A stretch of 64,000 bases of DNA, taken from positions 37,758,001 through 37,822,000 of the forward strand of contig OX597831.1 in NCBI GenBank assembly GCA_951406725.2, in the 5' to 3' direction. A program made the translations under genes and the position numbers. Under the pieces are notes generated by a model. It ran no database searches. It saw only the letters and a program-made list of their open reading frames with translations, and was not told where the DNA came from. This DNA is from Octopus vulgaris. Lineage: Eukaryota. Below are positions 14,835 through 29,194 of this stretch, in pieces; the stretch's first letter is position 1, and each line of letters starts with the position of its first letter.

Positions 14835-15090
14835 TCTTTTATTTTTTAATGTTATATTTGATTGAGACGTTTGACTGCGGCTATGTTGGAGCACCGTCTT
14901 GAAGGATTTAAGTCTAACAAATCGACACCAGGACTTATGTTTTAATCCTAGAATTTGTTCCAACGGTGCGTTTTGCCGAACCGCTAAGTTACGGGGATCT
15001 AAACACAACAACACCTGTTATCAAGGGGGGTACAAATACAGACACATGAGTGGCTTCTTTCAGTTGCCATCTACCAGTTCCACTCACAAC
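14835..15090 (-). mobile_element. Family A SINE, partial
   Basis: tttgactgcggctatgttggagcacc...ttttgccgaaccgctaagttacgggg. Confidence 0.8.
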
Positions 15091-15129
15091 TGGGAATACT
15101 TGAGCAGATGTTATTAAGTACGATGATAT

Positions 15130-16240
15130 GAAGGAAAGGACAAGGAAAGCTTAGTTGCGTTGAGTGAGAAAAATATTGGATTCAAAGCTGACTGCCAGAA
15201 ACATAACTTCGGCAATAACCTTGCGCGCTGTCGCAGAAGTTCGGTTCCTAACTGGACAGAGAATAAACTAAAAAGCCGGATAGGGACGCAGGAAAGCTCC
15301 GATAAGCGGATACCATCATCCATCGATCCTTATACATGAAGAGAGAACATGGATGAAGGGGTTTGATAAATTTGGAAGTCTTCGTGCATATTGAACTCGG
15401 TAGCTTACGGAGATTCTTAGCCTAAAGTAAAGATACTTGCTAGTGTCAGATAGGGATTAGGGCTTATTGAAAGGGGAGAAAAAAGGAAATAAAACAAAAA
15501 TAGAAGCACAGAAAGGACACAAGGAAGTAATACGTGATAAGAGCCTACACAATCAATTACCAGCAACTGAAGTTGCTGGAAAACATAGCGGGGATTGGTT
15601 GAAGAAAGAGTAATGTAAAAATAAATTAACCAAGCTTTGGCCACATATTCGAGGATCAACATTAGGAATGAGAAAATGTCTCCACTGTTTCGCATTTGTA
15701 ATACAGTAGACGAAACCATTGCTCGTACCTTGATCGAATGTCCTTGTTTTGCCGCAAACTACTATAAGTTGTGGCCACACGATGAGGTAGCACTGTGGGA
15801 AGTTTTCAACCCAAATAGATCAGGCGCTGGAGCGCAAATCGGATTTATTTGTAGTGAATGAGGTGTATCCCATACGCCATATAACTGATGTGGCCTGCCC
15901 ACGAATAGTCAAGAATGGCGGCGAAAAATTTGACATTTACAATCGTCTTAAGTTTGAAATAGACTGGCTATGGCAAATGAAGAATGTGAAGATAGTGTCA
16001 AATATTTTTGGATCCTTAGGTCACAGCGTCAGAAGGCATGAAGAGGAATATAAAGGAAATCGGGATAGAGTGCCCAGTAGAGCAGTTACAAAGGGTTCGC
16101 TGTCTTGGCACGGCCAGATTAATCAAGAAAGTATTAGAGAGTGGGGAAGAACATGTAGCATGGTACCGTAGGCTGCAGGTAGCAAGCCACCTGTGTATGC
16201 AAAACTTCAGGAATTCCAACAAAAATAGTTAAAAGGAACT
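15130..16240 (+). mobile_element. Third, more decayed R4/Dong-like LINE 3' fragment
   Basis: RSLYMKREHGxRGL (cf. RLYLPRxxGGRGL), FRICNTVDETIA, DVACP, CLGTARLIKKVLE. Confidence 0.8.
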
Positions 16241-17244
16241 ATTAATAATAGTGATTACGATAATAGTGATCCTTTTTACTATATATACAACGCATGGCAT
16301 TTTCTGGGAGTGAAATAGTCAATCACACCGACCCAATATTCCGGCACCTTATTATCGACTCCCGAGAGGACAAAAGTCAAAGTCAGCTTCTAGCGTGTTA
16401 AAGCTGAACTTGTTTTATTAAGTCAAGACAAGATGATAAGCATCTTTATTAAAACGTCCTAATTTTTTTAATATTATTTTCTCATTCATATTTATTTCGA
16501 TAGTCATCTTCTCAAACCCGAGGCTCACACTGACATCTCTAGTCTTTATAATACTGTCGAGACTCTGAACCTAAAGACAATCTAAGGAGCAAACAGAAAA
16601 TTTCTTATCACCTAATATGGTAATTTCCCAATTTTCTTTCGTTTTGCCCCTTTGGCGAGTTTTCCTTCCTGTTATTTTTAGCGATCTCCTCCTCCTCTTC
16701 TTCTTCTTCTTCTTCTTCTTCTTCTTCTTCTTCTTCTTCTTCTTCTTTTTCTTCTCCTTCTTTTTCTTCTCCTTCTTTTTCTTCTCCTTCTTTTTCTTTT
16801 TCTACTTCTCCATTTTTTCTTCTTTGACTTTTCGTACTCTTCTTCCTCCCCACTGCTCCTCATTCTTCTTCGTACTCTACTTCCTCCTCCTCCTTCTTCC
16901 GTTTCTCCTAATACCTCTTGTTCTTCTAGCTCTCATTCTCTCGTTCTTCTTTCTTCCTCGTTTATTCTTCCTTCCCCAACATCTTCGTTTACTTTTTATT
17001 CTTGTTCTTAATGCATTTGTCTTTGCTGTTCTCCTTCTTCTTCTTTTGTCTTCCTCCTCCTCCTCCGTCTTCCTTTACTTCTCTTCCTCTCCCTCATCCA
17101 CCTCCCTCTCCTTCTTTTCCTCGTTCGTCTAAAGATCAAAATCCGGATGGCTAATTCATTTAAGAGAAATATATCAAGACATCATTCCTTCTGAGACTGC
17201 TTACTTTCCGACTTCCTACTGAGTTGCAAACAGCAACAACAACG

Positions 17245-17311
<67 letters not shown>

Positions 17312-17321
17312 TAATAATATT

Positions 17322-17379
<58 letters not shown>

Positions 17380-17796
17380 TTAATGATAATAATAATATTT
17401 ATAATAATAATAATAATAATTTACAACGAAACTTTTCAAACACAAATTCTAGATCTTAAAGAGAGAAATATTAATAAACAGTGTCTGTCATTCTGTTTAT
17501 TCATGACTTATTTTAGGACTTGTTCACAATTTGCCATAATAGATTAAAATGCTCCAAGCATATTTTCCGTGTATTTTCGTCTTTTAATATAATTTCAGAT
17601 TACTCGACGTAAAAAAAAAAAAAATGTCTTCTCCTAAAATTAGATGAAATAGTTAGGCCATGGAGACATTTCTTTTTACAGGCACACAAATCTTGTCAAG
17701 CAAATATCATAAATGTTGTTGTTACTGACGTCGTTGCTCTTGTCATTATTATTATTGTTGTTGTCGTTCTGATTGTTGTTGTTGTTGTTGTTGTTG

Positions 17797-17828
<32 letters not shown>

Positions 17829-17899
17829 GTTATTATTATTGTTATTATTATAATTATTTAAGGCTATGAATTTGTTGAATTTTTAGCACTCAAGAGATA

Positions 17900-18065
17900 A
17901 TACACAGCGGCATTCCGTCCATCTTTATGTTCTGAGATCAAATTCCGCTGAGGTTGGTCTCCGTCAATTATAGATCGAATAAATAGGAGTGAATTACTAG
18001 AGTTGATGTAATCGATTAGCTCTCTCACTGTCTCTCTCTCTCTCCCCACCAAATTGCTGGCCCTT
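17900..18065 (+). mobile_element. Family B SINE, partial
   Basis: gttctgagatcaaattccgctgagg...gatgtaatcgatt. Confidence 0.65.
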
Positions 18066-18068
18066 TAT

Positions 18069-18131
<63 letters not shown>

Positions 18132-18133
18132 AG

Positions 18134-18186
<53 letters not shown>

Positions 18187-18235
18187 ACTACTACTACTAC
18201 TACTACCACTACTACTGCTGCTGCTGCTGCTGCTG

Positions 18236-18275
<40 letters not shown>

Positions 18276-18295
18276 AACTATTATTCTTATTATTA

Positions 18296-18714
18296 TAGGC
18301 GTAGGAGTGGCTGTGTGGTAAGTAGCTTGTTTACAATCCACATGGTTCCGGGTTCAGTTGGACAAGTGACTTCTACTATAGCCTCGGGCCGACCAAAGAC
18401 TTGTGAGTGGATTTGGTAGACGGAAACTGAAAGAAGCCCGTCGTATATATGCATATGTATATGTGTATGTGTATGTGTATGTGTATGTGTGTGTACTCAT
18501 TTGTGTGTCTGTGTTTGTCTCCCAACATCGCTTGACAACCGATGCTGGTGTGTTTACGTCCCCGTAATCTAGCGGTTCGGCAAAAAGAGCCCGATAGAAT
18601 AAGGACTAGTCATACAAAAAAATAAGTCCTGGGGTTGATTTGCTCGACTAAAGGCGGTGCTCCAGCATGACCACAGTCAAATGACTGAAACAAGTAAAAC
18701 AGAATAAAAGAGAA
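18296..18714 (+). mobile_element. Family A SINE, near full length
   Basis: taggcgtaggagtggctgtgtggtaagtagcttg...ggttccgggttcag; internal TG tract; 3' module; gaataaaagagaa tail. Confidence 0.92.
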
Positions 18715-18780
18715 TTATCATCATCATCATCATCATCGTCGTCGTCGTCGTCGTCATCATCAACAACATTATTATCATCA

Positions 18781-18877
<97 letters not shown>

Positions 18878-19343
18878 AGCAGACAGCTGACAAATCGCCT
18901 TGAAGTCATTCGATCTTATAAATTACTAAAAATCCCAATACAATCCATGTATGGCACACGTTGTTGGTCTCGTACAACCAAATACTACATCTTGTATCTC
19001 AGCTGTTGGTTCTGACGTTTTGCAGCTTAGCGCACCTCCTGACAAACTCGGAGATTGGCCGGCGAGGTAGTAAATAACAGTTTTGTCTCAACCTCAACGC
19101 ATTCTCCAAACAGCAGACGAAAAATGGAAATAGGAAAAGTGCAAATGCCTGCTTGTAATTGAGTAGCACCCGTATATCCAGCAGGTCAACTATCAATAAA
19201 ATTGTACTTTTTATTGCGTACTGTTGCCTGCCACAGCCGGATTAATCAAATGGCATCCGCTCCTCTTTCTTTCTTAACTTAGCTATGACCACACACATAT
19301 GTATGTATGGATGGATGTACGTACGTATGTATGTATATGTATA

Positions 19344-19416
<73 letters not shown>

Positions 19417-19605
19417 CTGAGATGTACTTGCATAGCAAATGACTTGATCTGGTATCATGTGCTGAAACAAAGACAATTGCAGAGTGGAAGAGGTTTGTAA
19501 TCAATTTCAAAACACCCAAAATAACCGCTATTTTCTCTTCAACATTTAAATTAAATTTGTGACAAAATATTTTCGTCGCTTTGAAACCGCGTCCTGTTCA
19601 CTCAC
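19417..19605 (-). mobile_element. Short interspersed repeat next to (TA)n with a hammerhead-shaped but non-canonical motif; possibly Penelope pLTR-derived
   Basis: Minus strand gacgc-ggtttcaaa-gcgac then GAAA and palindromic aaatattt; no CUGANGA core. Confidence 0.3.
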
Positions 19606-19738
19606 TTGGCGCTGCATCTGCAGTGAAACTATGCATATATATATATATAGCAGGTTTTACATAGCAGGTTTTACATTTGTAAAAATTATGTACATATGTG
19701 TGTGTATATATATATATAATTATATTTAATATTATATC

Positions 19739-19803
<65 letters not shown>

Positions 19804-20419
19804 TTGTGTGTGTGTGTGTGTAGGTATGTATGTGTGTATATCAAAGGAGTCTGAGTTGTTGCTATTCTTTTGGGTACCACCATATGTGCAAATGCATCTG
19901 CTCTATGACAATGTCAAAAGCTATTATTCTCTTTTAACATGCTCCTAGCTCAGCAGGCTTCGTTTGAAACAGTTCAAATATCTTGTTTGTTTGTAAAAAT
20001 TTATGATGTTAACTCGAAATATACATTTTACAGAAACTCTTTTCTAGTTTTTTTATGTTCTATTTTTTTATTTTGCTTTGTCAGCAGACACACATTACTG
20101 TAACGATATCTAATGCTTTACTTTCGTGTTGTTTTCTTTATGTATTGTTTCGAAAACATTTGAAAGCATAGTTAAGGATGAGAATCATTTATTTTATTGA
20201 TGCCATACATCAGAATGGGTACAATTTTTCTAACGTCTCATGCTGTTTTAGAACATGTAAACCGTTTGCTCAATAACTTCTAGTGCCCTGTCAAAAGATG
20301 GCGTGTATAGTTTGAATTATCGAGAATGTTTAAAAATTGAACAAAATTTTGTTCAACAAGATTTCTTTATATCAAGGAAGACAAAATCCAGTTCTATAAA
20401 ATATCTAAGTCTGTGTCAG

Positions 20420-20800
20420 CTGGAATGACACATCTAAAATACCATAGATGCTGAAGGTATTTCAACAAATTTGTCAGCGAGAAATCTTTAAGAACCCATA
20501 AATTGACACAACGAATAATGAAGAATTCCGGTAGCGATACTCAACGATGCCTAAACAAACATCGTCAAGGAAAAGCCACTTCGCTTTGCGGGTTATGATG
20601 TAAGCGTATAACACAAGCAACTTCAGAAGATTTCAGAACGCTTGCAGCTCCCATATGGGAAGTGAAAAAGCGGTAGGCCACACACAACTAGATTAAGCAC
20701 ATTCCGTCAATATCTGCTGGGACTAATCTGTTGTTAAGAAGAAACTACATCAATTATTACCAATATAGATCGATGGAGAGATTCATTTCCTCATGTGCTT
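20420..20800 (+). pseudogene. Decayed RTE-like LINE C-terminal fragment
   Basis: Residual NEE...LRFAG...GKxKSGRP...DRWR motifs across frames. Confidence 0.45.
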
Positions 20801-20949
20801 AGGGAGTTTTATAGCAGAATTAGAAATATAGGAACATACAATCAATACATTTTCTTCCCGTAGTAACAATAAATGCAACGCTTCTTGAAATTAGACAACA
20901 CTTTGAATTTCCTATGGTAACAGAACTGGCAAATATTGATAAAAGATAT

Positions 20950-23900
20950 TGTTATAATCCTTAAAATGTTGGATTGTTGTGATACCCACTTCGGTATACA
21001 GTATACTTAATAAAACCAGTATAGACACGACTCTTTCTGACCGCTTAATACGTACTCTGATACTTCACATACCTATCTTTACTTATAGTGACTAGGTTAT
21101 TCCATTCCTCACGTGGGAGGAGTGTACCATTATTCATAATTCCCTACAATATCTCCCCTTTTAAGGTTTTCTGAGGAAGTGTTATTTTATTTAGCAATAA
21201 TTTTTTTATTCACCCTACCTCACTTGTCTGGGGGATTTTTTCGTAAAATAGATTCTTTTAATTTTTCTCCCCTTTGCTTCTACTTTCAAGAACTCTGTAT
21301 GTTTTCTATTCTTCTCACTTGTACGCCTGCAGTGGCGTTGGTAATTGGAACGTATCCTACAACCATTCCATCGGTTCCTCCAACATCTTTGGTTCAATTT
21401 CCATGAATCTCTTTTTCAGTTGGTCATTGTGCCTCTTTTGTATATTTTTTTCTAGTTTTTACCCAATATATCATTTTACCGATGAATTTGATAATTATGC
21501 CATCTTCCTAACTCGGCTTCCCAGTCTTGTATGCCGTCATATAAACTTTTTCACTAAAGAACCTTGCTATGTATTCTCTTGCAATTTTTCGTTTCTTGCC
21601 AGGTAGCAATTTATCAAAGACTGATTTTACTTTCCATGCGAAAATCAGCTCCGCTGGTGAGTTACCAGATGGTGTATTCGGATTTGGCATCACAGGGTAC
21701 GCTCTTAAAAATTGTTGTAGGGCTACTTCATCGATGAATTTCTTATTCGATTCTCTTTGGGCTCTCTTAAAGGTATCGACAATGCCTTCTGCTGTCTGTT
21801 AGATCTGGAATGGTTTGGTGCAATAGTTATATGTTCTATCGCGACCGTTTTATATTTATTTTAAAATTCGCTAGACGCAAATTGTGTTCCATTGTCAGGC
21901 ATTATCTTCTCTGGGATACCAAATCTCGCAAATACTTCGTGTAAAAAATTTATCATAGTTGAAGAGGTTGGTTTTTAACACTTACAAATTTCAGGCCATT
22001 TCGACAAACTATCAACTACCACTAACTAGTAAGAGACATTTAAAGGACCACGGAACATCTACTTTTGACCAAGGTCCACTTTCTGTAGTGGGCAATTTTG
22101 CTGCTGGAGCACATCCTCAACAAGTTTCGATTTTCTGTTCATTTTAGGCCAGTGTACCTAACTGCGCATTAACGCTTTCATGTGGCTCTGTCTGAGTGGT
22201 TCGTCTTTCCAATTATACCAAGACTTTCAGGCCATTCAAGTTCTTTGCTAACCTGGTCTATTGCTACAAACTGTATATTCCTTTTTAGCCTAAAAACCGG
22301 TGTTGCACTTTGATTTACGACGACATTAGCTTTTGTTTTTGTACAACCTAGTTCTTCCCAAAAAAATAAAAACATTTGGATATATTTCTTTTAAACTCTT
22401 GCTTCAGTCCTTCGGCCTCATTTGAACCTTTCCACACAGAACACATACGGTCGTATCTCAACAATTTCAATAGTTCAATCCAGTCTGTGCCGAATAAATT
22501 AAGTGAAATTCTTAACAGATATATCTTTGCCTTTTTCGTTTGACCTCGAAACGTTACATTACATACGAATTCACTGAAAAAATATGATCTTTTTCCCGCA
22601 ACACTGCGTGCTACCTTTTCCGAATTAATTAATTTCGGTTTACCTAAATACTTCTACGCGTTTTCGTTTATAATAGTGATATCACGACCGGTGTACAACT
22701 GCATTTTAACACTTGTATTTCTGATTTTCACCTACACGAATTTCCTCATCGTTATATTACCTATTTTTCCCGATGACATATGTAATCTTTTTCCTTTGTT
22801 CAGAAGTTGTATCATCTTTGTTCTACAGTGCGTCAGTATATGTCCTATATTTCCACAACGAAAGCACCCCGCGTTTTTAAATCGACAATATTTCCTCAGG
22901 TGTGTAGCTCTGCATGGGTTTATTTCCTGATTTTTGTAGCGTTTTATTTTAGAAAAAAACTTAATCCCTATTCTAACTATTTCGCACTTGCTTTACTTTC
23001 AGACAGTTTTTACGTTCAGTTTCTTCTGTGTCGTGTCTAAATTTGACTAACCATTAACATTCTTCTGACACTTTCTGTAGGGTAACATCCTGCTTTTGTT
23101 CCAGCTTAGCGAGATTTTTAGTTCTAACTTCTACATCTTTTTTCTGTTGTTTGTCCCAGTGTAAAAATCAGACATTTGAACATATTAGGCGTTAATTCAT
23201 CCACCTTAAACTTCTCACATTCACTGCTTACTCTACCAACATATGTAATATAGTACTTAAAGTTGTTCCTCTCTATGTACAGACACTTCCAACGTGTGTT
23301 GGACAATGAGCTTTTTTTCACTGAAACTTTTACACAACATATCTATTGTGTCATTAAAGTTTATTTCCGAAAGTTTTCTTGGGATTACATAATCATTGCA
23401 TCGTTCATGTTCTGTTACTGCCAGTTTTCTCAAGATTTAGCGCATTTTCATCTCGCCATCCCAATCCTTAGATTTTTTCTCGAATATTTGCTCATATCTT
23501 CTGTAGCATGTTTCGAATGTAATTCCTTCACCTGGTTCGTGGTTAGACTCTGTAATGGGGTTCGCGAAATAGTCTGTCGAGAACACTTTTTCTAACATTC
23601 CTGACGATTTCAGTATTTGTAACATTTGTGGATGTAATATTATTTGTTGTTGGTGTTCCCTCAGCTGTTGTTGTTGCTGTTTTTGCAACTCGAACAGACA
23701 AAATTTTCATACTTTTACGATTTTTCGTAAAATTCGTACGCCAATTTTGTGAGTTTATTAAATAATCTTCGAGTTTCTTAATTCCTCGTGAGTTGTTTGA
23801 ATCCTGGTTGAGTTTATTAATCCTTCGTGAATTGGTTTATCTTCCTCAACACTGTTATAATGCTTTTAACGTTAGATTATTATAACGCCCACTTGGGTAT

Positions 23901-24054
23901 ACAGTATACTTAGTAAAAGCAGTAAAGACAGGACTATCTCATACCGCCTACTTTGTACTGGGGTATTTCACATACTTCTCTTTATTTATAGTGACAGAGC
24001 TATTCCATTCATCACATGAGAGGGGTGTACCATTATTACTAATTCCCTACAACA
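20950..24054 (-). mobile_element. Gypsy (Mag-like) LTR retrotransposon, decayed, with RT/RNaseH deleted
   Basis: 202-bp LTRs at 20950-21151 and 23853-24054 (TGTT...AACA); 5-bp TSD GATAT at 20945-20949 and 24055-24059; PPT aaaaggggaga at 21152-21162; gag double Zn-knuckle HLRKYCRFKNAGCFRCGNIGHILTHC; protease QLYTGRDITII; integrase FARFGIPEKIMPDNGTQF and SPAELIF. Confidence 0.93.
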
Positions 24055-25384
24055 GATATATTTTACATCTGTACAGTAGTTTCAACATCAATCTATCATA
24101 TACAGATTATGTTGTTTGGTATGGAAGAAGTGACCATGACCCATCAGGTTTTCAAACCCACCGGGTTAGTTGAAATCGGTAGATTTAATCTTTCTCTTAA
24201 GTAATTACAAGTTGAGGGCTGCGAGAAATGAATGGGTAGGAGGATATAGCTGAAAACTGACGTTCTGAGAAATAAATGGTGAGGTAGGTTGGAGGATGGG
24301 CCAATTTAAACAGGAACAAAATGGAAGAAGAAAGGAGGGGAGAACGGAAACTAGGTTAATACTATACTTGAAATACGTAATGTGCAGAATATACCAAATT
24401 TAGGATGGTCACGATTGGAACACTTTTGATCAAAGAACTAGATGAACCAGGGCTGGAATTAAATGACATTAAAAATATCAAGTTCAAAAAAGAAATTTTT
24501 GTTAATTGCTGCTGTTCTTAGGAAGACGCAAGAAAGCGCAGTGATTCATCTACCATAAATGTGCACCTCATTTAATCCTAAACTATAAATCATTAAGTCT
24601 AAATAGCAATAACTGAACGAGTTGCTTAATTTCATTGACTATATTCCGCATTAAAGGTTTGATCAAACTGATCAACACCATCAAACAATAATATTATAAC
24701 AACAACAACAGTAACAATAATAGTAGGATCAATATCAACCTCAAAACAACAAAAATAAAACAACATAACATTATTGAAAATCTTTTGTCACAATCAGTTT
24801 TAAAACCATACACAAAATTTTCCTTTGCGATATTACACAAAGCCCATAACTTGCTCTAGTATTTAAGGCAATTCACCTTAGATATTTTACACAAGATTGA
24901 ATATACCCTCTATAAAATTATCCAAAAGAAGCTTATACACTTTGGTTTCATTCAGCCACAACCAAGAGCCATTCATTCCACTCAAGTATCTGTGAAAAAT
25001 GTCGGCTATTAATTCTGTTTCATTAAATATTTGTTAATTCATTTGAGACAACTCTTGTGAAATGTATTTAAACTGAATGATTATATTACAGTTCTATGAG
25101 TCTATGACTGCTCAATAAGCAAACCTAATCAACTATGTATTCATGCATGTATATAGGTACATAATGTGTATATATATATATATATATATATAAAATATTT
25201 ATATATATATATACACGTATATATACATATATATATACGTATCTATGTGGCGGGTGTACACGGCTACTTACTGCAGTAATGTGCATATATACGAAGTGTC
25301 CCATGAGAAAAGAACCATTTCACATCATAAAATTGCTAACATGCTGCGTTAGTTATGAGACAGCTGGTGTATGTACATATATGC

Positions 25385-25488
<104 letters not shown>

Positions 25489-25519
25489 GTATACATATAC
25501 ACATATGTACATACATATG

Positions 25520-25563
<44 letters not shown>

Positions 25564-25595
25564 CATGTATGTATGTTTGTATGTATGTATGTATG

Positions 25596-25630
<35 letters not shown>

Positions 25631-25826
25631 GAATGTATATAGCGGAACACAAACACGCATACGAACAATGTCGATAGTCATCTTTATATATGCGTAATAT
25701 AAATATTAATAAGCTTGAAGAATATGCATGGAAAAGTGTGTATGTTGGAAAATGACAGCTCATATATCGGCATATGTACACACAGATATATACACGTGTG
25801 TGTGTATGTATGTCTAAATATATATA

Positions 25827-25941
<115 letters not shown>

Positions 25942-26841
25942 CGTTTACATATATGTATACACCTATTACACTCATAAGCGAATACATATGTTTATATACT
26001 TACACACGCCCACATATATATGTTCGTGTGTGTGGTTTGTTTGTGTCTATTTGTGTATGCGTATGTAAGACCACGGTATCTACTGACAGGCATGGTTTAA
26101 GTCTAGAGTTTAGCCATAATAGCTGCTGCGCAATATTTCATTAATACTATTAGTCACTTTATCTTTCAGTTATTGCATAAATGTCAAAAGTTTATGCCTG
26201 ACATATATACAGTAGTTATGTAGTATTTCTCTGCATTCATCTCTCTCTGTCTCTGTCTCTCTCTTTCCCAGTCTCTCTTCATTTCTTCTGTTAACGATGT
26301 CCACATCTCCACTTTCATGCTATTAATATTTATTGAGTTCACTGCATAAAATATTTATTGTCAAACTTTGGTCATAAATGTAAGTCTTCTGAGAAAGGAT
26401 CAAATGAAAACCGTTGTTGTCCTACCGAAGCATAGTAAGGCTGGCATTTTTCCTCCACATTATCTTTTCTTAAAGCTCGAACGTGAGGGGAATGATTGTG
26501 TCACTGGATATAATTGTAGTCTATCCCAGAAAATCTACAATGGAAGTATTTCCCTGTAGTTTGATCTATTTATTGTAGTGTAACCCCAAGTTAAACATTA
26601 TCGGGTAGACTTATGTGCAAAAGCTTTCATATCATCCTTTACACTACGATCTTTTTCTAGAGACATTTGTCATTATTTTATAAACGCAATGCTTTCAGTT
26701 AAAGACGGGGGCGTTTGGTTTGGTGACTTGCTTCCTATTTTAGAGTGAACACGAAGTGTATCTGAATCGTTATTAGGTCGTATAAAATGCTTAGAAACCT
26801 TGTTTCAGGCTCCTTAACCCCTTCACTTTTACCTCTTCTAG

Positions 26842-26992
26842 GGCTGTAATAAACACTCCTAAGTACTGGGATTTTGATTTAACCAACTTGTTCTCTCATT
26901 TCAAACCTGCTACTCATGAAACTCGCAAAGAACTGGCGTTCCATTCAATAGAATTTTTGTCATCCCGGCCACTCACACTTCGTGAAAACACG
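26842..26992 (+). CDS. Putative internal coding exon (151 nt) of an unidentified host gene: AVINTPKYWDFDLTNLFSHFKPATHETRKELAFHSIEFLSSRPLTLRENT
   Basis: Strong acceptor cttcacttttacctcttctag|G, strong donor ACG|GTAAGC, one open frame only, non-repetitive sequence. Confidence 0.55.
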
Positions 26993-27249
26993 GTAAGCAA
27001 ATGGATCGACTATGGTAAAATAGATTACAAGATTACAATGACTTTTCTGGTGTTTTTTTTTGGTTTTTTGCTTTCCAATAAAGCATAGGGCGTAGCGAGA
27101 TATGCCTTTGTTAATTTATCCGTCCTTGTTTTGAAACAAGATGGCGATTTTACGTCTCTGCTACTTCTAAAGAAATCTAGCGATCAAGTGAATATACTGC
27201 AAATGACTTCACGCTGCTGGTGTTGCTAGTGTCATTTTTACTTTCGTAG

Positions 27250-27565
27250 TTGTCCTTGTTGCTGCTGATGCTGCTGCTGTTGCTGTTGTTGTTGTTGATA
27301 TTGGCGATAATGATGATGACGGTGTTGATGATGAGGATGATAAGGAGGTGGAGGAGGGGGAGGAGAAGGAGAAGGAGGATGACGACGACGACGACGATGG
27401 TGATGATGATGATGACGATGATGATGATTAAGATTATGATGATTATGATGATGATTATGATGATGATGATGATGATGATTATGATGACATCGACGACGAC
27501 GACAACGATGATGATGATGGTAATGATGATGATGGTGATGATGATGATGATGATGATGACGATGT
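27250..27565. repeat. Compound (GAT)/(GCT)/(GAC) trinucleotide repeat
   Basis: Direct reading. Confidence 0.95.
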
Positions 27566-28069
27566 GATTCTGAAACTGATGCTGTTATAGTAGCTTTTGC
27601 TGTAGGGTAAAACAACCAAAAACTATTTGAAAATACTCAACAACACATGTATGTAACTTACAGAACAATTAAGATCTTCTCAAAAGTGTTTGCGCTAATT
27701 TGTTTATAGCACATGAAAATACAATGGCATCGACTGAAGTGTGTCTTACTATGGCCAATCTGATGTTAACACACTTTATGGCCTTCTAGCAATAAGGAGA
27801 ATACAAAGGATGCCCAATATAATGATAGCATTCACAAATTCTGTAATATGAAGATTCTAGAAGTTCTTGTACTAGTCCAGTAATAAAACTTCAAGCTGAG
27901 AGATTAAAAAAATCAACTATCCCGGATATGATTTGTAACCTTAATTTCCAATTACATTTAAAACATCAATTTATAAACAAGTAATTGTTTTCTCTTGGTC
28001 CTTTTCCGCTCAGTGGTTATCTATAATATATTATTTAGCAGTTTTATAACGATTGTACACGCACTTCTG

Positions 28070-28112
<43 letters not shown>

Positions 28113-28142
28113 TTTTATATATATTTGTATATATATATATAA

Positions 28143-28227
<85 letters not shown>

Positions 28228-28338
28228 AAAAAGTGAAAAAACTACTGAAGGCTTGTTTTAAAAGGTTAAAATTTATATATTTGAGTCATTATGTCAGAAG
28301 AATGTTATAAATTTTTTCATACAATGACATAATTTTTG

Positions 28339-28378
28339 AAGAAATGACCGGTTTCGCGTTCAGCTTTTCAAATTTCTT
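28339..28378 (-). ncRNA. Minimal type I hammerhead-like motif, variant core (left arm)
   Basis: AAGAAAU-UUGAAAA-GC(UGAAC)GC-GAAA-C(CG)GUC-AUUUCUU. Confidence 0.55.
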
Positions 28379-29154
28379 ACATCGTTATGTTTTCGTTGAG
28401 AAGTGTAAAGTAGAGCTCCAAGTAAGGGGAGGTAATAAGTGATTTCTTCCGGTGTAACGGAGATAATCGATTAATATTTCTTGCCTGTTTTTTGGGGTGA
28501 GTTTCTCTGTATAAGAATGTTGGAGTGGTTAAGTTTGGGCTTACATTTTTCAATGAAGAATGTTTCCTTGTTTAGTCTAATTTGTGTTGGTGTTCCGATA
28601 GGACATTGGTAAAATGGAAAGATTAGAAATTGTGGTAGTAGTTGCTTTGCGCATTTCTCAATGTGCTCACTAAATGGTATCATTCTGTATTCTGGGACTG
28701 CAATCTGTTGTCGATGCAGTGTGCATCTACGTCTAAGTGATAGTCCCCTGGACCCCACGTAGTTTTGGTGGCAGCCCGAGCATCTTATGGCATAAATTAT
28801 GATCTTGAATTTCTGTCCCTCTTTGAAGAGGAATTCTGATCCTTCTAGCAGGTTTGGACATGTTGCACAGTTCGGTCTACCACATTTTTTTTAGTACTAC
28901 CACAATTTTTAATCTTTCCATTTTACCAATGTGCTATCGGAACACCAACACAAATTAGACTAAACAAGGAAACATTCTTCATTGAAAAATATTAGCCCAA
29001 ACTTAACCACTCCAACATTCTTATACAAAGAAACTCACCCCCAAAAAGGCAAGAAATATTAATCGATTATCTCCGTTACACCGGAAGAAATCACTTATTA
29101 CCTCCCCTTACCTGGAACTCTACTTTACACTTCTCAACGAAAACATAACGATGT

Positions 29155-29194
29155 AAGAAATTTGAAAAGCTGAACGCGAAACCGGTCATTTCTT
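29155..29194 (+). ncRNA. Minimal type I hammerhead-like motif, variant core (right arm)
   Basis: Same sequence as the left arm; 7-bp stem I; palindromic ACCGGU stem III. Confidence 0.55.

Noticed and set aside
14352-15014. 220-aa ORF, the longest in the track
   Set aside because: It runs through a SINE and a (GA)n tract, so it is a chance read-through
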